Source: Candidatus Levybacteria bacterium RIFCSPLOWO2_12_FULL_41_12 (GTDB taxonomy: Bacteria > Patescibacteriota > Microgenomatia > Levybacterales > UBA12049). From it: DNA of 64,000 nt. Under the pieces are notes generated by a model. It was not told the origin of the DNA and made no database searches. It saw only the letters and a list, made by a program, of their open reading frames with translations. Every line of letters starts with the position of its first letter. Within the stretch, counting starts at the first letter, position 1. Location of the stretch: NCBI GenBank assembly GCA_001784155.1, contig MFPL01000006.1:87280-151279 (forward strand), written 5' to 3'. This document shows, one piece after another, positions 30,529 through 40,929 of the stretch. A program made the position numbers and the translations under genes.

Positions 30529-32286
30529 ATGGACCAGGTAGCAAGAGTCAGAGAAAAAATCGATATCGTTTCATTTATTTCAGAATATCTGACTCTTAAA
30601 AAATCAGGCAGGAACTTTTCTGCCCCATGTCCCTTCCACAATGAGAAAACCCCATCTTTTATTATCTCGCCTGAGCGTCAGATTTGGCATTGCTTTGGGT
30701 GTGGAAAAGGAGGAGACATTTTTTCATTCCTAATGGAGTATGAAAAAATTGAATTCCTCGAGGCGCTTCGCAGTCTAGCTAAAAGAGTTGGAATAGAAAT
30801 TAAAACCGGAGATTTTGCTACTTCCTCAATTAAGGAAAAGATTTATCAAGTAAATAAGATTGCCTCCGGCTTTTACCAATACATACTTACAGAGCACAGG
30901 GCTGGAGAGAAGGCGCTATCCTATCTTCTTGAAAAACGGAAAATGAATAAAGCTCTTATTAAAAGTTTTGGCTTGGGCTACTCTCCCTCAAACAACGCTT
31001 TGGCAGCATATCTGATCAATAAGAAGAAATACAAAAAGCAGGATTTATCAGATGCCGGATTAATATTCCAAAGGGGTAATGATGCTTTCGACTTTTTCAG
31101 AGGAAGGCTGATATTTCCCCTCACGGATCATAGGGGAAATATTTTAGGGTTTTCCGGAAGAGTGCTTGATGACCACGACAGCCCTAAGTATATAAATACT
31201 AAGGAAACTCCGGTCTACCACAAGGGTTCAACTTTCTTCGGAATAGACAGGGCGCTTGATGAAATTAAAAAGGCAGGCGAGGCCGTTTTAATGGAAGGAG
31301 AGTTTGATGTTATATCTTCATTTAGGGAGGGAATTAAAAATGCCGTAGCTATAAAAGGTACTGCACTGACAGATGAACAGTCCATTTTTCTCTCAAGGTT
31401 TGCTCAGAAAATAATTCTTTGTCTGGATCAAGACGAGGCAGGGATTGAAGCAACGAAAAGAAGCCTCGCGGTCCTTGAGAAAAAAAATCTAACATCATAT
31501 GTGGCATCAATGCCCGGAAATAAAGATCCAGACGATGCATTAAATTCAGACCCCGTTCTTTTTAAATCCGCACTTAAAGAAAGCGCCGGAGCATACGATT
31601 TCTTAATCACTGAGGCATTAGACCGAAATAGTGTTAAGACATTTGAAGGCAAGAAAAAAATATCTGAATCTCTTTTGCCTGCATTTTCATTAATTTCAAA
31701 CGAAGTAGTAAAAGAGCATTACTTAAGAAAGCTTAGTTCTGAAATTGATACTTCTCTTGATTCATTGAAAAAACAGCTTGATAAAATTGACAAAAAACCC
31801 GAGGACAAGACTGCTGAATCTTCGCAGACAGACAAGAGAGGTAAGCGGGAAATTCGCGAGGAATATCTCCTTTCTTTAATTGTTCAGTCTGAAAAGCCGA
31901 AAGAGTCTTTTGACGCCGTATTGCTAATTCTTGAAGACTACGAATTTGAAACAGAAGTGTATAAAAAAGTAATGGAGCGCTTGATACTTTTCTTTAAGAC
32001 CAACAACGATTTTGAGAGTAAAAACTTTGTAAAAAACCTTCCGAAGGAATTAGTTGAAGCATTTGACCAGATATTTTTATTCCCTATCCCCAAATTTGAA
32101 ACCAAAGACCCTTTTCTTATAGACTTGAAAAGAACAGCTAAGGATCTTAGAGCTATCTATTTAAAAAACAAAATACAGGATTTAAGCGATAGGCTCAAGA
32201 AGGTGAAAGAAAAAGAAGATCCCAAGGCCGAAGATACGCTTAAAACTGAGATTTCAGAAATCACCTCAAAGCTCACGACTTTGTAA
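30529..32286 (+). CDS. dnaG: DNA primase
   Basis: 585 aa. Zn-ribbon 'CPFHNEKTPSF…CFGCG' and a TOPRIM domain 'EGEFDVIS'. Confidence 0.85.
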   Translation: MDQVARVREKIDIVSFISEYLTLKKSGRNFSAPCPFHNEKTPSFIISPERQIWHCFGCGKGGDIFSFLMEYEKIEFLEALRSLAKRVGIEIKTGDFATSSIKEKIYQVNKIASGFYQYILTEHRAGEKALSYLLEKRKMNKALIKSFGLGYSPSNNALAAYLINKKKYKKQDLSDAGLIFQRGNDAFDFFRGRLIFPLTDHRGNILGFSGRVLDDHDSPKYINTKETPVYHKGSTFFGIDRALDEIKKAGEAVLMEGEFDVISSFREGIKNAVAIKGTALTDEQSIFLSRFAQKIILCLDQDEAGIEATKRSLAVLEKKNLTSYVASMPGNKDPDDALNSDPVLFKSALKESAGAYDFLITEALDRNSVKTFEGKKKISESLLPAFSLISNEVVKEHYLRKLSSEIDTSLDSLKKQLDKIDKKPEDKTAESSQTDKRGKREIREEYLLSLIVQSEKPKESFDAVLLILEDYEFETEVYKKVMERLILFFKTNNDFESKNFVKNLPKELVEAFDQIFLFPIPKFETKDPFLIDLKRTAKDLRAIYLKNKIQDLSDRLKKVKEKEDPKAEDTLKTEISEITSKLTTL

Positions 32287-32341
32287 GGGTTTTAATTTAG
32301 GCTCATTCATGGTAAAATAATTTGTACAGAAAGGGACTCCT

Positions 32342-33424
32342 ATGGCTAAAGATGACCTCAGCGTATTAACGGACATTATTTCATCGGCAAAAAAAAGAGG
32401 GTATATAACACAGGAAGAAATTCTAGCGATTTTTCCAAAGCCTGAAGAACACATAAAGGACCTTGACGCTTTGTACGATAAACTTCTTCGTTCTGAAGTA
32501 GATGTTTTTGAGTCGGTTGCAGAAGATAAAGACACGGAAAAGCCCATAGAGGACTTGGAAAAAGAATTAGAAGCATTAACAGTTCTTACGGAGGGAACGG
32601 TTTCTGATCCTGTTAGAATGTATCTTAAGGAAATAGGACGAATTCCGCTTCTTAATTTCGAACAGGAAATTGCCCTCGCCAAAAGGGTAGAGAAAAAAGA
32701 CAAACAGGCAAAAGAGATATTAATCAATTCGAATCTTCGCTTGGTCGTTTCTATTGCAAAAAAATATGTTGGTCGGGGACTTACTCTTTTGGATTTGATT
32801 CAGGAGGGAAATAACGGTTTAATAAGAGCTGTTGAGAAATATGACTGGAGACGCGGATTTAAATTTTCAACATACGCTACCTGGTGGATCAGGCAATCCA
32901 TAACACGCGCAATTGCTGATCAGGCAAGGACGATAAGAATTCCGGTTCATATGGTAGAAAATATAAATAGATTTTTAAGAGCATCTAGAAAACTTATGCA
33001 GGAATTGGGACGCGAGCCGACACCTGAGGAAGTGGCAAAGGTTTTGGGAATTGATCCCGAAAAGGCTTTGGAAATAATTAAGATTTCTCAGGAGCCCGCG
33101 AGTCTTGAAGCACCGGTTTCCGATGAAGAAGACAGCCGCCTCGGAGATTTCATCCACGATACTGCGGCTCCGACGCTTTTTGATTCTGCGTCGCGTGAAC
33201 TTTTGAAAGAGCAGGTAGATCAAGTCCTCTCAACTTTATCGGACAGAGAAAGAAGAGTTCTTGAGGAAAGGTTTGGATTAAAGGACGGGAGACCAAAGAC
33301 TCTTGAGGAAGTAGGAAAGATGTTTGCAGTAACGCGTGAAAGAATACGTCAAATTGAGGCAAAATCTTTAAGAAAGCTTCGTCATCCCTCTCGCGGAAAC
33401 AAGCTCAAAGATTATTTGGGGTAG
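32342..33424 (+). CDS. rpoD: RNA polymerase sigma-70 factor
   Basis: 360 aa. Region 2 '[35 protein letters not shown]' and region 4 HTH. Confidence 0.9.
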   Translation: MAKDDLSVLTDIISSAKKRGYITQEEILAIFPKPEEHIKDLDALYDKLLRSEVDVFESVAEDKDTEKPIEDLEKELEALTVLTEGTVSDPVRMYLKEIGRIPLLNFEQEIALAKRVEKKDKQAKEILINSNLRLVVSIAKKYVGRGLTLLDLIQEGNNGLIRAVEKYDWRRGFKFSTYATWWIRQSITRAIADQARTIRIPVHMVENINRFLRASRKLMQELGREPTPEEVAKVLGIDPEKALEIIKISQEPASLEAPVSDEEDSRLGDFIHDTAAPTLFDSASRELLKEQVDQVLSTLSDRERRVLEERFGLKDGRPKTLEEVGKMFAVTRERIRQIEAKSLRKLRHPSRGNKLKDYLG

Positions 33425-33430
33425 GGGATT

Positions 33431-33772
33431 CTATTTAGCAAGCCTTCCGGACTGAAGAAAGGAGTTTATCGCAGTAAGCACCAGGCTTAAAACTAAAGCC
33501 CACAAAAATGAATCCACATCAAATCCAGGAACCACCCTGGCAGCAAGCATTACTAAAAGAGCCTGAATCACAAATGTGAATAGGCCTAGAGTAATAAGAG
33601 TTATAGGGAGGGTTAGGATTACCAAAACCGGTTTTAGGACCGCATTAAAAATTCCCAAAACTAATGCAGCAATAAGTGCTGCGGTAAAGCTCGTTACATG
33701 AACGCCTGGCAAAATATATGCTGCGGCAAAAACAGCCATCGCGCTTACAATCCAGTTAAGTAAAATATTCAT
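33431..33772 (-). CDS. DUF360 / phage-holin-4-like small membrane protein
   Basis: 113 aa with 4 TM helices and a DUF360-like pattern. Confidence 0.45.
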   Translation of the reverse strand: MNILLNWIVSAMAVFAAAYILPGVHVTSFTAALIAALVLGIFNAVLKPVLVILTLPITLITLGLFTFVIQALLVMLAARVVPGFDVDSFLWALVLSLVLTAINSFLQSGRLAK

Positions 33773-34282
33773 TTAGTAAACAATATGCGCTGGTCTAAAA
33801 ACAGTTAATCTATAAGACTTTCCGTCTTTTGTTTTCTTACTAATGAACGTGCTGCTGTGGACAATTCTTGTGGAAACAGTACCTGTTCCTATTGGATTAT
33901 CATCCTGATCTAATGCCTGAACAAACCAGTTAACTACGCCTTCAGAATTGTCGGTTACCGGCTTGGTGGCAAATCTAATCCCTGGAGCTCTAAGTTTTAC
34001 CTCACTACCGGGACTGTAACCCCAGTTACGAACAGGAATTCCTTTTTCCATTCTCAATACTTGATTTTGACTTTGTGCTTCTGGTCTTGGATCAATTGAC
34101 CTGTCTGTAATATTTGGATATTTTGGCTTAGTATCTTTTTTTGGCTTCTCATCCACGGCAACTCCAACTTGAACGGCGAGAGGAGACAAAGCGGGAGTGG
34201 CATCTCCTCTTCTGATAATCCTTCGCCCTCTTCTAGCTGAGCGCTCTGGGTTTCCAAATCTAGGCCTTGCGGTTTCTGCCAT
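33773..34282 (-). CDS. hypothetical protein
   Basis: 169 aa with an arginine-rich N-terminus. No domain recognised. Confidence 0.35.
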   Translation of the reverse strand: MAETARPRFGNPERSARRGRRIIRRGDATPALSPLAVQVGVAVDEKPKKDTKPKYPNITDRSIDPRPEAQSQNQVLRMEKGIPVRNWGYSPGSEVKLRAPGIRFATKPVTDNSEGVVNWFVQALDQDDNPIGTGTVSTRIVHSSTFISKKTKDGKSYRLTVFRPAHIVY

Positions 34283-36599
34283 TTCTTCTAAAGTATAACA
34301 TAGGAAATATCAAAGTTCCGATCGCTCCGACTACTGCAAGCAGGACTCCATATTTAAAGCCTTGCGGGTTATAAACAAATTCTACTTTATGTTTTCCAGC
34401 GGGCACAGGAACAGCCCGAAATGTATAGTCTGCTCTATAAATCTTTACTTCTTTTCCGTCAATCTTTGCCTTCCACCCCGGATAATAAACATCGCTTAGG
34501 AAAAGGAGCGAAGCCTGAAGAGAATCTGTTTGTACTACAACACTATTAAGTGAATACTTTGTAATCCCTGCAAAACCAGAAGCGTTCAGTCTTTTAGAAA
34601 CATTAGGGTCTTCCTCAAGAATAATTTGTCTTCTTATATCGAAATCTTCGGAAAAAAGCTTTTCAATTATTTGCTCATCATTTTTTTCGACGATATAATC
34701 AGAGGTTAGAAATGTCCGCGGGACAAAATCTCGTGCCTCAAAAACTCTATAAATTCCGTCGTCAAAAATTTCTTTAAATTTATCATCTGGGAACAGACTA
34801 AAAGGATAAGACCATCCTTTGCCGTCATCGGACACTTTATGAACTATAAAACGTACTCCCAATAGGTCTAGCGCTTTTGATACATTGGGCCCATATTTTG
34901 GGAAGACGACGCCAGATCTTGCCCCAGAAGATGGTTTGCCAGTCTGAACAGCATTTACGAACTCTCCGTACCTTTTTATATAGACGGCATCATATCCTTC
35001 AATTCCAGGCAGTTGATAATAATCCGAATTGTCAGCGCCATAATTTCCAAATACACGGTCAAATGATGTTATCTTTGGATAATAGTCAATTACTTGTGTC
35101 TTTGGATGAATCATGTCTTTGGGATCAAAAGGGAGCCACTTGTTGGCAAAGCGAAGCATATCGAAGGACACTATAAAAATAAGAGCAAGTCCTAAAATTG
35201 CTGCCAGTCTTTTGTTAAGAGTGGCAATGCCGATGACAAAAAGTGATCCCGCAAAAACTAGCGTAGGAAGAATTAAATTGTTTCTTGCAATAAGTTTCCT
35301 TGTATCGTCAAGTCCCATACCTGCGATTACCATTACCCACAACGACGCCATTACGAGTGTCCAAAGAATTCCCCACACGACTATTCTTTTAGATAGCTTA
35401 TTGCTTTTTATTTCTGCTAATAGGTAGTCAAATCCGAATGCTGAGAGAGTGGCAATCGAGAAACTAAAAATTACAATAACTCTAGATGCAGCAGCAGTTG
35501 AGATAACCGGAATTTTTAGTCTTACCAGAATATCTAAAAAAGGCGTGTCAAATGCTAGAAGAAGAGCGATTACACCGGCAATAGCAAAAAATAGGGCTTC
35601 CTTTCTTCGTTTGATTAGAGCAAATAATGCAAGAAAAAGAGGAAGAGCCCCGGTATACGCATTCCACTCTGCATAATGACCAAACCATGCATTCCTAGTT
35701 ACAGGATTCCCAAATATGTCCGGCGCAACAAAAGTAGGAATATAATTTAGCGGAATTGTTTCTATTTTTTGAAAAAGATCGCTTCTTAGAGACTGTGAAT
35801 ACACCTCTATTGACGGAAGAATTTGGGGCATAGAAAGAAGAAGTCCGAAGACTATAAAAAGGAAGGGAATTGTAAAAAGCGAGAGGTTCCGATTTTTAAG
35901 GTGAGAAAAGAAAAGATAGCCTGTCACGAAGATTAGGAAATAAAGACTTGTCTGGAAATGGCCGCTTAGGAAGGAGAGGGGTATTGTTAAAGAAAGAAGA
36001 ACTAAATAGATAGGATTTTTTTGTACTTTGTATTTTTCAATTGCCAGAAGCGCTAGCGGAAGAAAAAGAATTGCATATCCAAGAGTTGCGTACTCCATCC
36101 AAGTAGTGATGAAGCCGCAGAACATAAACGAAATTCCTCCAACGAGAGATCCCTCCCGGCTAATTTTTAATGTTCTTAAGAACAAATACGTAAAAAGAGA
36201 GGCCAAAAGGGGCTGAAGAAGAACCAGGATAGACCATGCGTTTTTAAAATCAAAAATGAAGAACAGAACATTAAGAGGAGAAAGAACAGCGGATTGATAA
36301 TTAGCTAAATGCGTAGTCCCCGAAAAACTGTATGGATTCCAGAGAGCAATCTCTCCGTTTTTATATCCTTCAATTGAAAGATGTCTCCAGGGATAAATCT
36401 GTACCAAAATATCGGGCATCGCATCGTTTTTTACAGGTCGACCAAATTCAGGATATGCACTCCAAGGCGGGAAAGTAGTCACCTGATAATTTGCAGGATA
36501 TGGAGCCTTATTTTGTAGGAAAAAGGGAAAGGAGAAAACAAACCAAAGGAGAACAAGAAATAAAACGGGATAGTGTCTTTTTATAAATTGTACTATCAT
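34260..36599 (-). CDS. large polytopic membrane protein, YfhO-like
   Basis: 779 aa with more than 12 TM helices and a C-terminal soluble domain. Resemblance to YfhO is from memory. Confidence 0.45.
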   Translation of the reverse strand: MIVQFIKRHYPVLFLVLLWFVFSFPFFLQNKAPYPANYQVTTFPPWSAYPEFGRPVKNDAMPDILVQIYPWRHLSIEGYKNGEIALWNPYSFSGTTHLANYQSAVLSPLNVLFFIFDFKNAWSILVLLQPLLASLFTYLFLRTLKISREGSLVGGISFMFCGFITTWMEYATLGYAILFLPLALLAIEKYKVQKNPIYLVLLSLTIPLSFLSGHFQTSLYFLIFVTGYLFFSHLKNRNLSLFTIPFLFIVFGLLLSMPQILPSIEVYSQSLRSDLFQKIETIPLNYIPTFVAPDIFGNPVTRNAWFGHYAEWNAYTGALPLFLALFALIKRRKEALFFAIAGVIALLLAFDTPFLDILVRLKIPVISTAAASRVIVIFSFSIATLSAFGFDYLLAEIKSNKLSKRIVVWGILWTLVMASLWVMVIAGMGLDDTRKLIARNNLILPTLVFAGSLFVIGIATLNKRLAAILGLALIFIVSFDMLRFANKWLPFDPKDMIHPKTQVIDYYPKITSFDRVFGNYGADNSDYYQLPGIEGYDAVYIKRYGEFVNAVQTGKPSSGARSGVVFPKYGPNVSKALDLLGVRFIVHKVSDDGKGWSYPFSLFPDDKFKEIFDDGIYRVFEARDFVPRTFLTSDYIVEKNDEQIIEKLFSEDFDIRRQIILEEDPNVSKRLNASGFAGITKYSLNSVVVQTDSLQASLLFLSDVYYPGWKAKIDGKEVKIYRADYTFRAVPVPAGKHKVEFVYNPQGFKYGVLLAVVGAIGTLIFPMLYFRRNGRNRKA

Positions 36600-38272
36600 G
36601 CTTTTTTAGTCAATTTCCCCTTAATAAGGATTAATGATCCCCAGCTGATAACTGTAATAATCGATACAAGCGTTACATAGTCTGCGAAAAGCCTAAGTTT
36701 CGTTTCCTCAAAAACTGCGTACACTTTATGATGGCCTTTGGATAAATTAAAGGTCATAAGTCCCCTATGATTTGGGTCCTGAAACTGTAGATTCAGGGAG
36801 GTTCCGTCTGCAAATATTTTCCATCCTGGAAAATAAAGAGTATTTTCTTTAATCCTGGCATTGTCTGTGATTACGTCTATTTCATATGAGTGCTTTGCTG
36901 AATTTCTTGCTAGCTTTTTAATTACTGCTTCCCCCTCAATTATTTCAATAGTATCTTTGGATTCTTTCTCCATAAATCTCACAGACCATATTGGTGCAGA
37001 TTCCCCCGTATCAGTAGTACTTTTATAAATTCCTCTAAGCGAAGAATCGTCTCGATATAGATATCCTTTGACTTTCCAATAATTAAAACTGAGAGTAATA
37101 GACGCAATAATTATCAGGCCAGCTGCGAAAACCTTTTGCTTTTTGGGAATAGAATAAACAAGAAAAGCACCCATAATGGATGCCATAAATATTGATACTG
37201 ATAGAAATCTCCATGGGAATTGAAGTTTCTGAAGAGTAGTTAATATATTGTAAAGGGGGTTTGAAATTGCGAGCATGAAAAATACTGAAATAAGGAAATA
37301 TGAAAAAGCGAATACGTAAAAAATCAGGAGCCTTCTCTCTTTTAGTTTTTTTAAAACCAGGGGTAATGAAAGAACAGCAAGTATGTTTAATAATCCTATT
37401 TGAACGCTAAACTGTCCGGTTCCTCCAAAGTTCCAGGGAGAGTAGATTAGAGACACTGGGTTTACAAAGCTTGAAGCATAAGTCCCCGCTGTTACGATAT
37501 CGCGAAGAGTGTATTTTCCTTCAAAAAATGCCGGAAACCAAAAAAATGCAGAGACTGCCCCCCCCAGCGCAAACATAGTGATAAAACTTGTTGCAGGGTT
37601 TTTATACTTCTTGTTTTGCCAGACCAAAAACAAAGCGTAAAAAAGAATAAATGGTGCGAAAAGGAGACTAATGGCGTTATGGGACAAGATAAACCCCCCC
37701 AGAGATAGTGCTCCACCCAAAGTGAGTAGAAATGTTTTCTTATCTAATATTTCATTTCTGTTTTCAGAAAGCTTATAGAGGAAATAAAGGATGAGCGGAG
37801 GAAAAATAAAAGCAACGTGTTCTCCTATTGCTCCCCGGACGTACATATCCACGAAACGGTATGGAGCAAAGAGATATAGAACGCTTGCGACTAGTCCTTC
37901 TTTCTCGCCCAGGAAATTCTTCACCCAAAGAAACATTGTCAAACCGGAAAGGACGTAGGAGGCTGCGAAAACCAACTTGATAGAATCGATAAGGGAGAAT
38001 CCGAGGAAATGAAAAATAGACGCAATGTAAGAGGGAAGAGGATAGAGAAACATTAGAATTGGGTGACCATATCCCCAGTTCAGATTGCCGGCCCATCTGG
38101 GAATTAAGTTGCCTTCAGAAAGACTCTGGTAGAAATTAGCTATTCTCGCAACATGATCTATTCCGTCGTGCGTTATGGGGAGTCCTGAATGTAGAAATAA
38201 CCAAAGAGGAAGAATCGAAAGCAAAAAGATTAACAGGGGAAAACGTAGCTTCCTTGACTTAAAAAGTCCCAT
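36596..38272 (-). CDS. polytopic membrane protein, GT-C glycosyltransferase-like
   Basis: 558 aa with many TM helices. The conserved 'HDGIDHVARIANF' lies in the first periplasmic loop. Shares a 4-nt overlap with the upstream YfhO-like gene (tandem pair). Confidence 0.4.
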   Translation of the reverse strand: MGLFKSRKLRFPLLIFLLSILPLWLFLHSGLPITHDGIDHVARIANFYQSLSEGNLIPRWAGNLNWGYGHPILMFLYPLPSYIASIFHFLGFSLIDSIKLVFAASYVLSGLTMFLWVKNFLGEKEGLVASVLYLFAPYRFVDMYVRGAIGEHVAFIFPPLILYFLYKLSENRNEILDKKTFLLTLGGALSLGGFILSHNAISLLFAPFILFYALFLVWQNKKYKNPATSFITMFALGGAVSAFFWFPAFFEGKYTLRDIVTAGTYASSFVNPVSLIYSPWNFGGTGQFSVQIGLLNILAVLSLPLVLKKLKERRLLIFYVFAFSYFLISVFFMLAISNPLYNILTTLQKLQFPWRFLSVSIFMASIMGAFLVYSIPKKQKVFAAGLIIIASITLSFNYWKVKGYLYRDDSSLRGIYKSTTDTGESAPIWSVRFMEKESKDTIEIIEGEAVIKKLARNSAKHSYEIDVITDNARIKENTLYFPGWKIFADGTSLNLQFQDPNHRGLMTFNLSKGHHKVYAVFEETKLRLFADYVTLVSIITVISWGSLILIKGKLTKKA

Positions 38273-38292
38273 TTAGAAAATTATACCAAAGT

Positions 38293-39237
38293 TTACCTAT
38301 TTCTTTTGCTTTTTAGAGATGGAAGAATAACACCAAAATTGGCACCTGACTTATGGAAAAAATAACCGACTGTTAAAAACATAATGATAGGAGAAACCCA
38401 AGCGGGTATATGATGTCCAAAACCGTCCAGTATCATTATAATTCCTAAGAAAAATATTGAATACATTGCTCCGTTTTTTAAGTACTTATAGGTTTTTATT
38501 CTTTCTATGTTGCTGACAGTTATTTTTCTGAGTACGATTGCCCCCAGCCCATTTCCGATTAAAATTAAGGGAACGGAAAAGGTAAAGGCAAATGCTCCTA
38601 TAACTCCATCTACGGAGAACGTGGCATCCAAAACTTCGAGATAAAGAATTTTGCTTAGATCCGATACGTTCCCCCTTAGGAGTCTTTTCTCTTGCTGTTC
38701 TGCGTATTGACGGAAACCGTGAATTATGAAGAAGGCCGTTGATCCCACAACTGCTCCAAATGCCAGAATAGAGCCTTCTTTAAGGGCAAACCATACAATA
38801 ACAGCAAGAATTACTGCAACAACTGTGAAGAACCATGCACCCTGAGAATGGAAAAACTTTTCTGCCCTAAGTCCGAAATTCTTGGTTTCCAAGAATAGCC
38901 AGTGAAAAAAGATAAATAGAAGAAATACCCCTCCTCCCAAGAGTAGGGCTCTGGCTGTTTGCTCAATAGTTTTTCTTACTTCTTCTCCTGAGGACATTGT
39001 AACTCTGACTATTTCTATAAATGAAAGATCTGGCATCGTTGCCCAAATGATAACGAAAGGCAAAAGTCCTCTTATAACAAAAACCGCAAATAGTATTCCC
39101 CAGAAAAGGAACCATCTTTTTGCCCGCTCACTCATCGTGGAGAGAACCTCGGCATTAATAATTGCGTTATCAACACTTGTTATAATCTCAAAGAGGGAAA
39201 GTCCAAAAATGGTTATAATAATGAATAAGATCTCCAT
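38293..39237 (-). CDS. TerC/DUF475-family integral membrane protein
   Basis: 314 aa. The 'SVDNAIINAEVL' motif is characteristic of TerC-family proteins. Confidence 0.55.
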   Translation of the reverse strand: MEILFIIITIFGLSLFEIITSVDNAIINAEVLSTMSERAKRWFLFWGILFAVFVIRGLLPFVIIWATMPDLSFIEIVRVTMSSGEEVRKTIEQTARALLLGGGVFLLFIFFHWLFLETKNFGLRAEKFFHSQGAWFFTVVAVILAVIVWFALKEGSILAFGAVVGSTAFFIIHGFRQYAEQQEKRLLRGNVSDLSKILYLEVLDATFSVDGVIGAFAFTFSVPLILIGNGLGAIVLRKITVSNIERIKTYKYLKNGAMYSIFFLGIIMILDGFGHHIPAWVSPIIMFLTVGYFFHKSGANFGVILPSLKSKRNR

Positions 39238-39274
39238 ATTTATAGACAGTAGTATATCATTTGAAGCCTAGTTC

Positions 39275-39391
39275 TCAGCGGGTAAAAAGATAAAGAAGTA
39301 TTGCTATTGTGACTCCAATTCCTGAAACTCCAAATCCAATTGTGAGCCATTTGAGGTAGAGATACATGTCAAACTTTTTCTTATCTCCCAT
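39275..39391 (-). CDS. possible 38-aa small membrane protein
   Basis: Short ORF not in the track (MGDKKKFDMYLYLKWLTIGFGVSGIGVTIAILLYLFTR), hydrophobic. Speculative. Confidence 0.25.
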   Translation of the reverse strand: MGDKKKFDMYLYLKWLTIGFGVSGIGVTIAILLYLFTR

Positions 39392-39889
39392 TTATTTAAG
39401 AAGAGGATATTTCTTAACAAGCTTCATCTGTCCCCAAACTTTGCCTAATCCAAAATAGTTTCCTGCATTTGACCGCGCAATACCCAAAAGTACTGTTATG
39501 TAGACAATATGCTCATCGAGAAGGGGATTGTTAACTGGTGGAAAAAGAGAAAGGTAAATTAAAAACATCATTAAAGATCCGGCATATCCTGCGATTCGGA
39601 GTCCAATTCCCAAGAGAAGTGCCAGCCCTACCAAGAAAAGTCCAGCCATAAAAAGGAAATCAACGAAAACATTCCCGGAAAGACTTTGAAAGTATGAAGC
39701 AAATACTCCGCCTTCTGTGCCGAATTTTAAAAAACCTGCAGTAGGAGAGCCGCCGGATAGCCATGACCTTGGTGCTTCCGTAGCAAAACCAAGACCTAAG
39801 AGCTTGTCAAAAAATGCCCAAAGGAAAATTCCTGACATAACTAGACGAATAGAGGGCCAAAAATATTTCTCTCTCATATTATTTTTCAA
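39392..39889 (-). CDS. DoxX-family membrane protein
   Basis: 165 aa with 4 TM helices and a DoxX-like N-terminal pattern. Confidence 0.45.
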   Translation of the reverse strand: MKNNMREKYFWPSIRLVMSGIFLWAFFDKLLGLGFATEAPRSWLSGGSPTAGFLKFGTEGGVFASYFQSLSGNVFVDFLFMAGLFLVGLALLLGIGLRIAGYAGSLMMFLIYLSLFPPVNNPLLDEHIVYITVLLGIARSNAGNYFGLGKVWGQMKLVKKYPLLK

Positions 39890-40259
39890 GCAGATCTTTA
39901 ATCGGGCCTAAATAGTAGTCGTCCCAACCCTTATCAATGTCTTTCGCCTCATCATCCGGTACGTTTTCATGTAACAAATGAAGAATGGTCTTTCCATCTT
40001 TTTCAAAGAGTTCAAACCTGAGCCTTGATGGCTTACTCCAGTCTCCGCTGTACCAATCTTGTTTAAGTATTTTATTTTTCTCGACCTTTATGTTTTTTCC
40101 GTGAATATCCCCGCCCCAGATCTCAAACTTAAAGTTTTGAGTTGCCTCCATCTTCACAGGACCGCCACCCCATTTGTCTATTGTTACAGGATTTACGAGT
40201 GCGTCCCAGACTTTTTCAATAGGAGCATTTATTGTGTAGTTTTTCGTGATTGTTCTCAT
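39879..40259 (-). CDS. SRPBCC-superfamily protein (AHSA1/activator-of-Hsp90-ATPase-like)
   Basis: 126 aa. 'INAPIEKVWDALVNPVTIDKW' is typical of the AHSA1/SRPBCC N-terminus. Confidence 0.6.
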   Translation of the reverse strand: MRTITKNYTINAPIEKVWDALVNPVTIDKWGGGPVKMEATQNFKFEIWGGDIHGKNIKVEKNKILKQDWYSGDWSKPSRLRFELFEKDGKTILHLLHENVPDDEAKDIDKGWDDYYLGPIKDLLEK

Positions 40260-40513
40260 GAGGCCAAATACACGATGTCTCCCTCTCTGACTTTGTCCGA
40301 AAGTTTTATTCCTACCTCCTGGCCTTTCTTTGCAGTTTCGATATCTTTGTGATCAAATTGCATCTGTTCTGCCTCTTGTTCAAAATCAGTGGCGTTCCCT
40401 TGAAATTTAAGCTTGTCTCCGATCTTTATTTCACTGTCAAGCTTAACAATCCCAACGCCTATCTTATCGTAGAAATGTGTGACTACCCCTATTTTTTTGC
40501 CTTCATCTGACAT
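40256..40513 (-). CDS. small hypothetical protein
   Basis: 85 aa. Possibly a β-barrel fold. No confident assignment. Confidence 0.35.
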   Translation of the reverse strand: MSDEGKKIGVVTHFYDKIGVGIVKLDSEIKIGDKLKFQGNATDFEQEAEQMQFDHKDIETAKKGQEVGIKLSDKVREGDIVYLAS

Positions 40514-40626
40514 AAGCTCACCTCCTAACAGATTTTAATAGCTTCAGTTCGCATAATCTCTCTTTTTCCCAAAAAAGTCAAATAGGAGTGGATTTAAGGC
40601 TAGTAAGATGATAAAATGTTTGAACA

Positions 40627-40649
40627 TTCCGTGATAGCTCAATGGTAGA
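40627..40649 (+). other. tRNA 5'-half-like fragment (acceptor + D-arm) similar to tRNA-Asn
   Basis: 'TCCGTGATAGCTCAATGGTAGAG' closely resembles the tRNA-Asn 5' half 'TCCGCAGTAGCTCAACGGTAGAG' found at 40930. No anticodon arm, T-arm or acceptor 3' strand follows. Confidence 0.5.
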
Positions 40650-40676
40650 GTCGCGTAGAACGCGATTAACGACAAG

Positions 40677-40919
40677 GTGAATTATTGGATTTACGTTCTT
40701 GAAAATGAGATTGGGCGATGGTATATTGGCCAAACAAATAATTGGAAGTTGCGGATTGAAAAACATAATAGTCAAAAGGTAAAATCAACTAAGAATAGGG
40801 GGATTTGGAAATTGATTTATAAGAAAGGGTTTAAAACAAGATCAGAAGCAATGAGACATGAAGAATATTTAAAATCTGGGGCAGGAAGAAGATACCTGAA
40901 AGAGTTATTAAACAGATAA
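40677..40919 (+). CDS. GIY-YIG nuclease-family protein (YhbQ/UPF0213-like)
   Basis: 80 aa. 'YWIYVLENEIGRWYIGQTNN…RIEKHN' is a GIY-YIG core. Paralogous to the ORF at 51619. Confidence 0.75.
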   Translation: MNYWIYVLENEIGRWYIGQTNNWKLRIEKHNSQKVKSTKNRGIWKLIYKKGFKTRSEAMRHEEYLKSGAGRRYLKELLNR

Positions 40920-40929
40920 CTAACAGGGC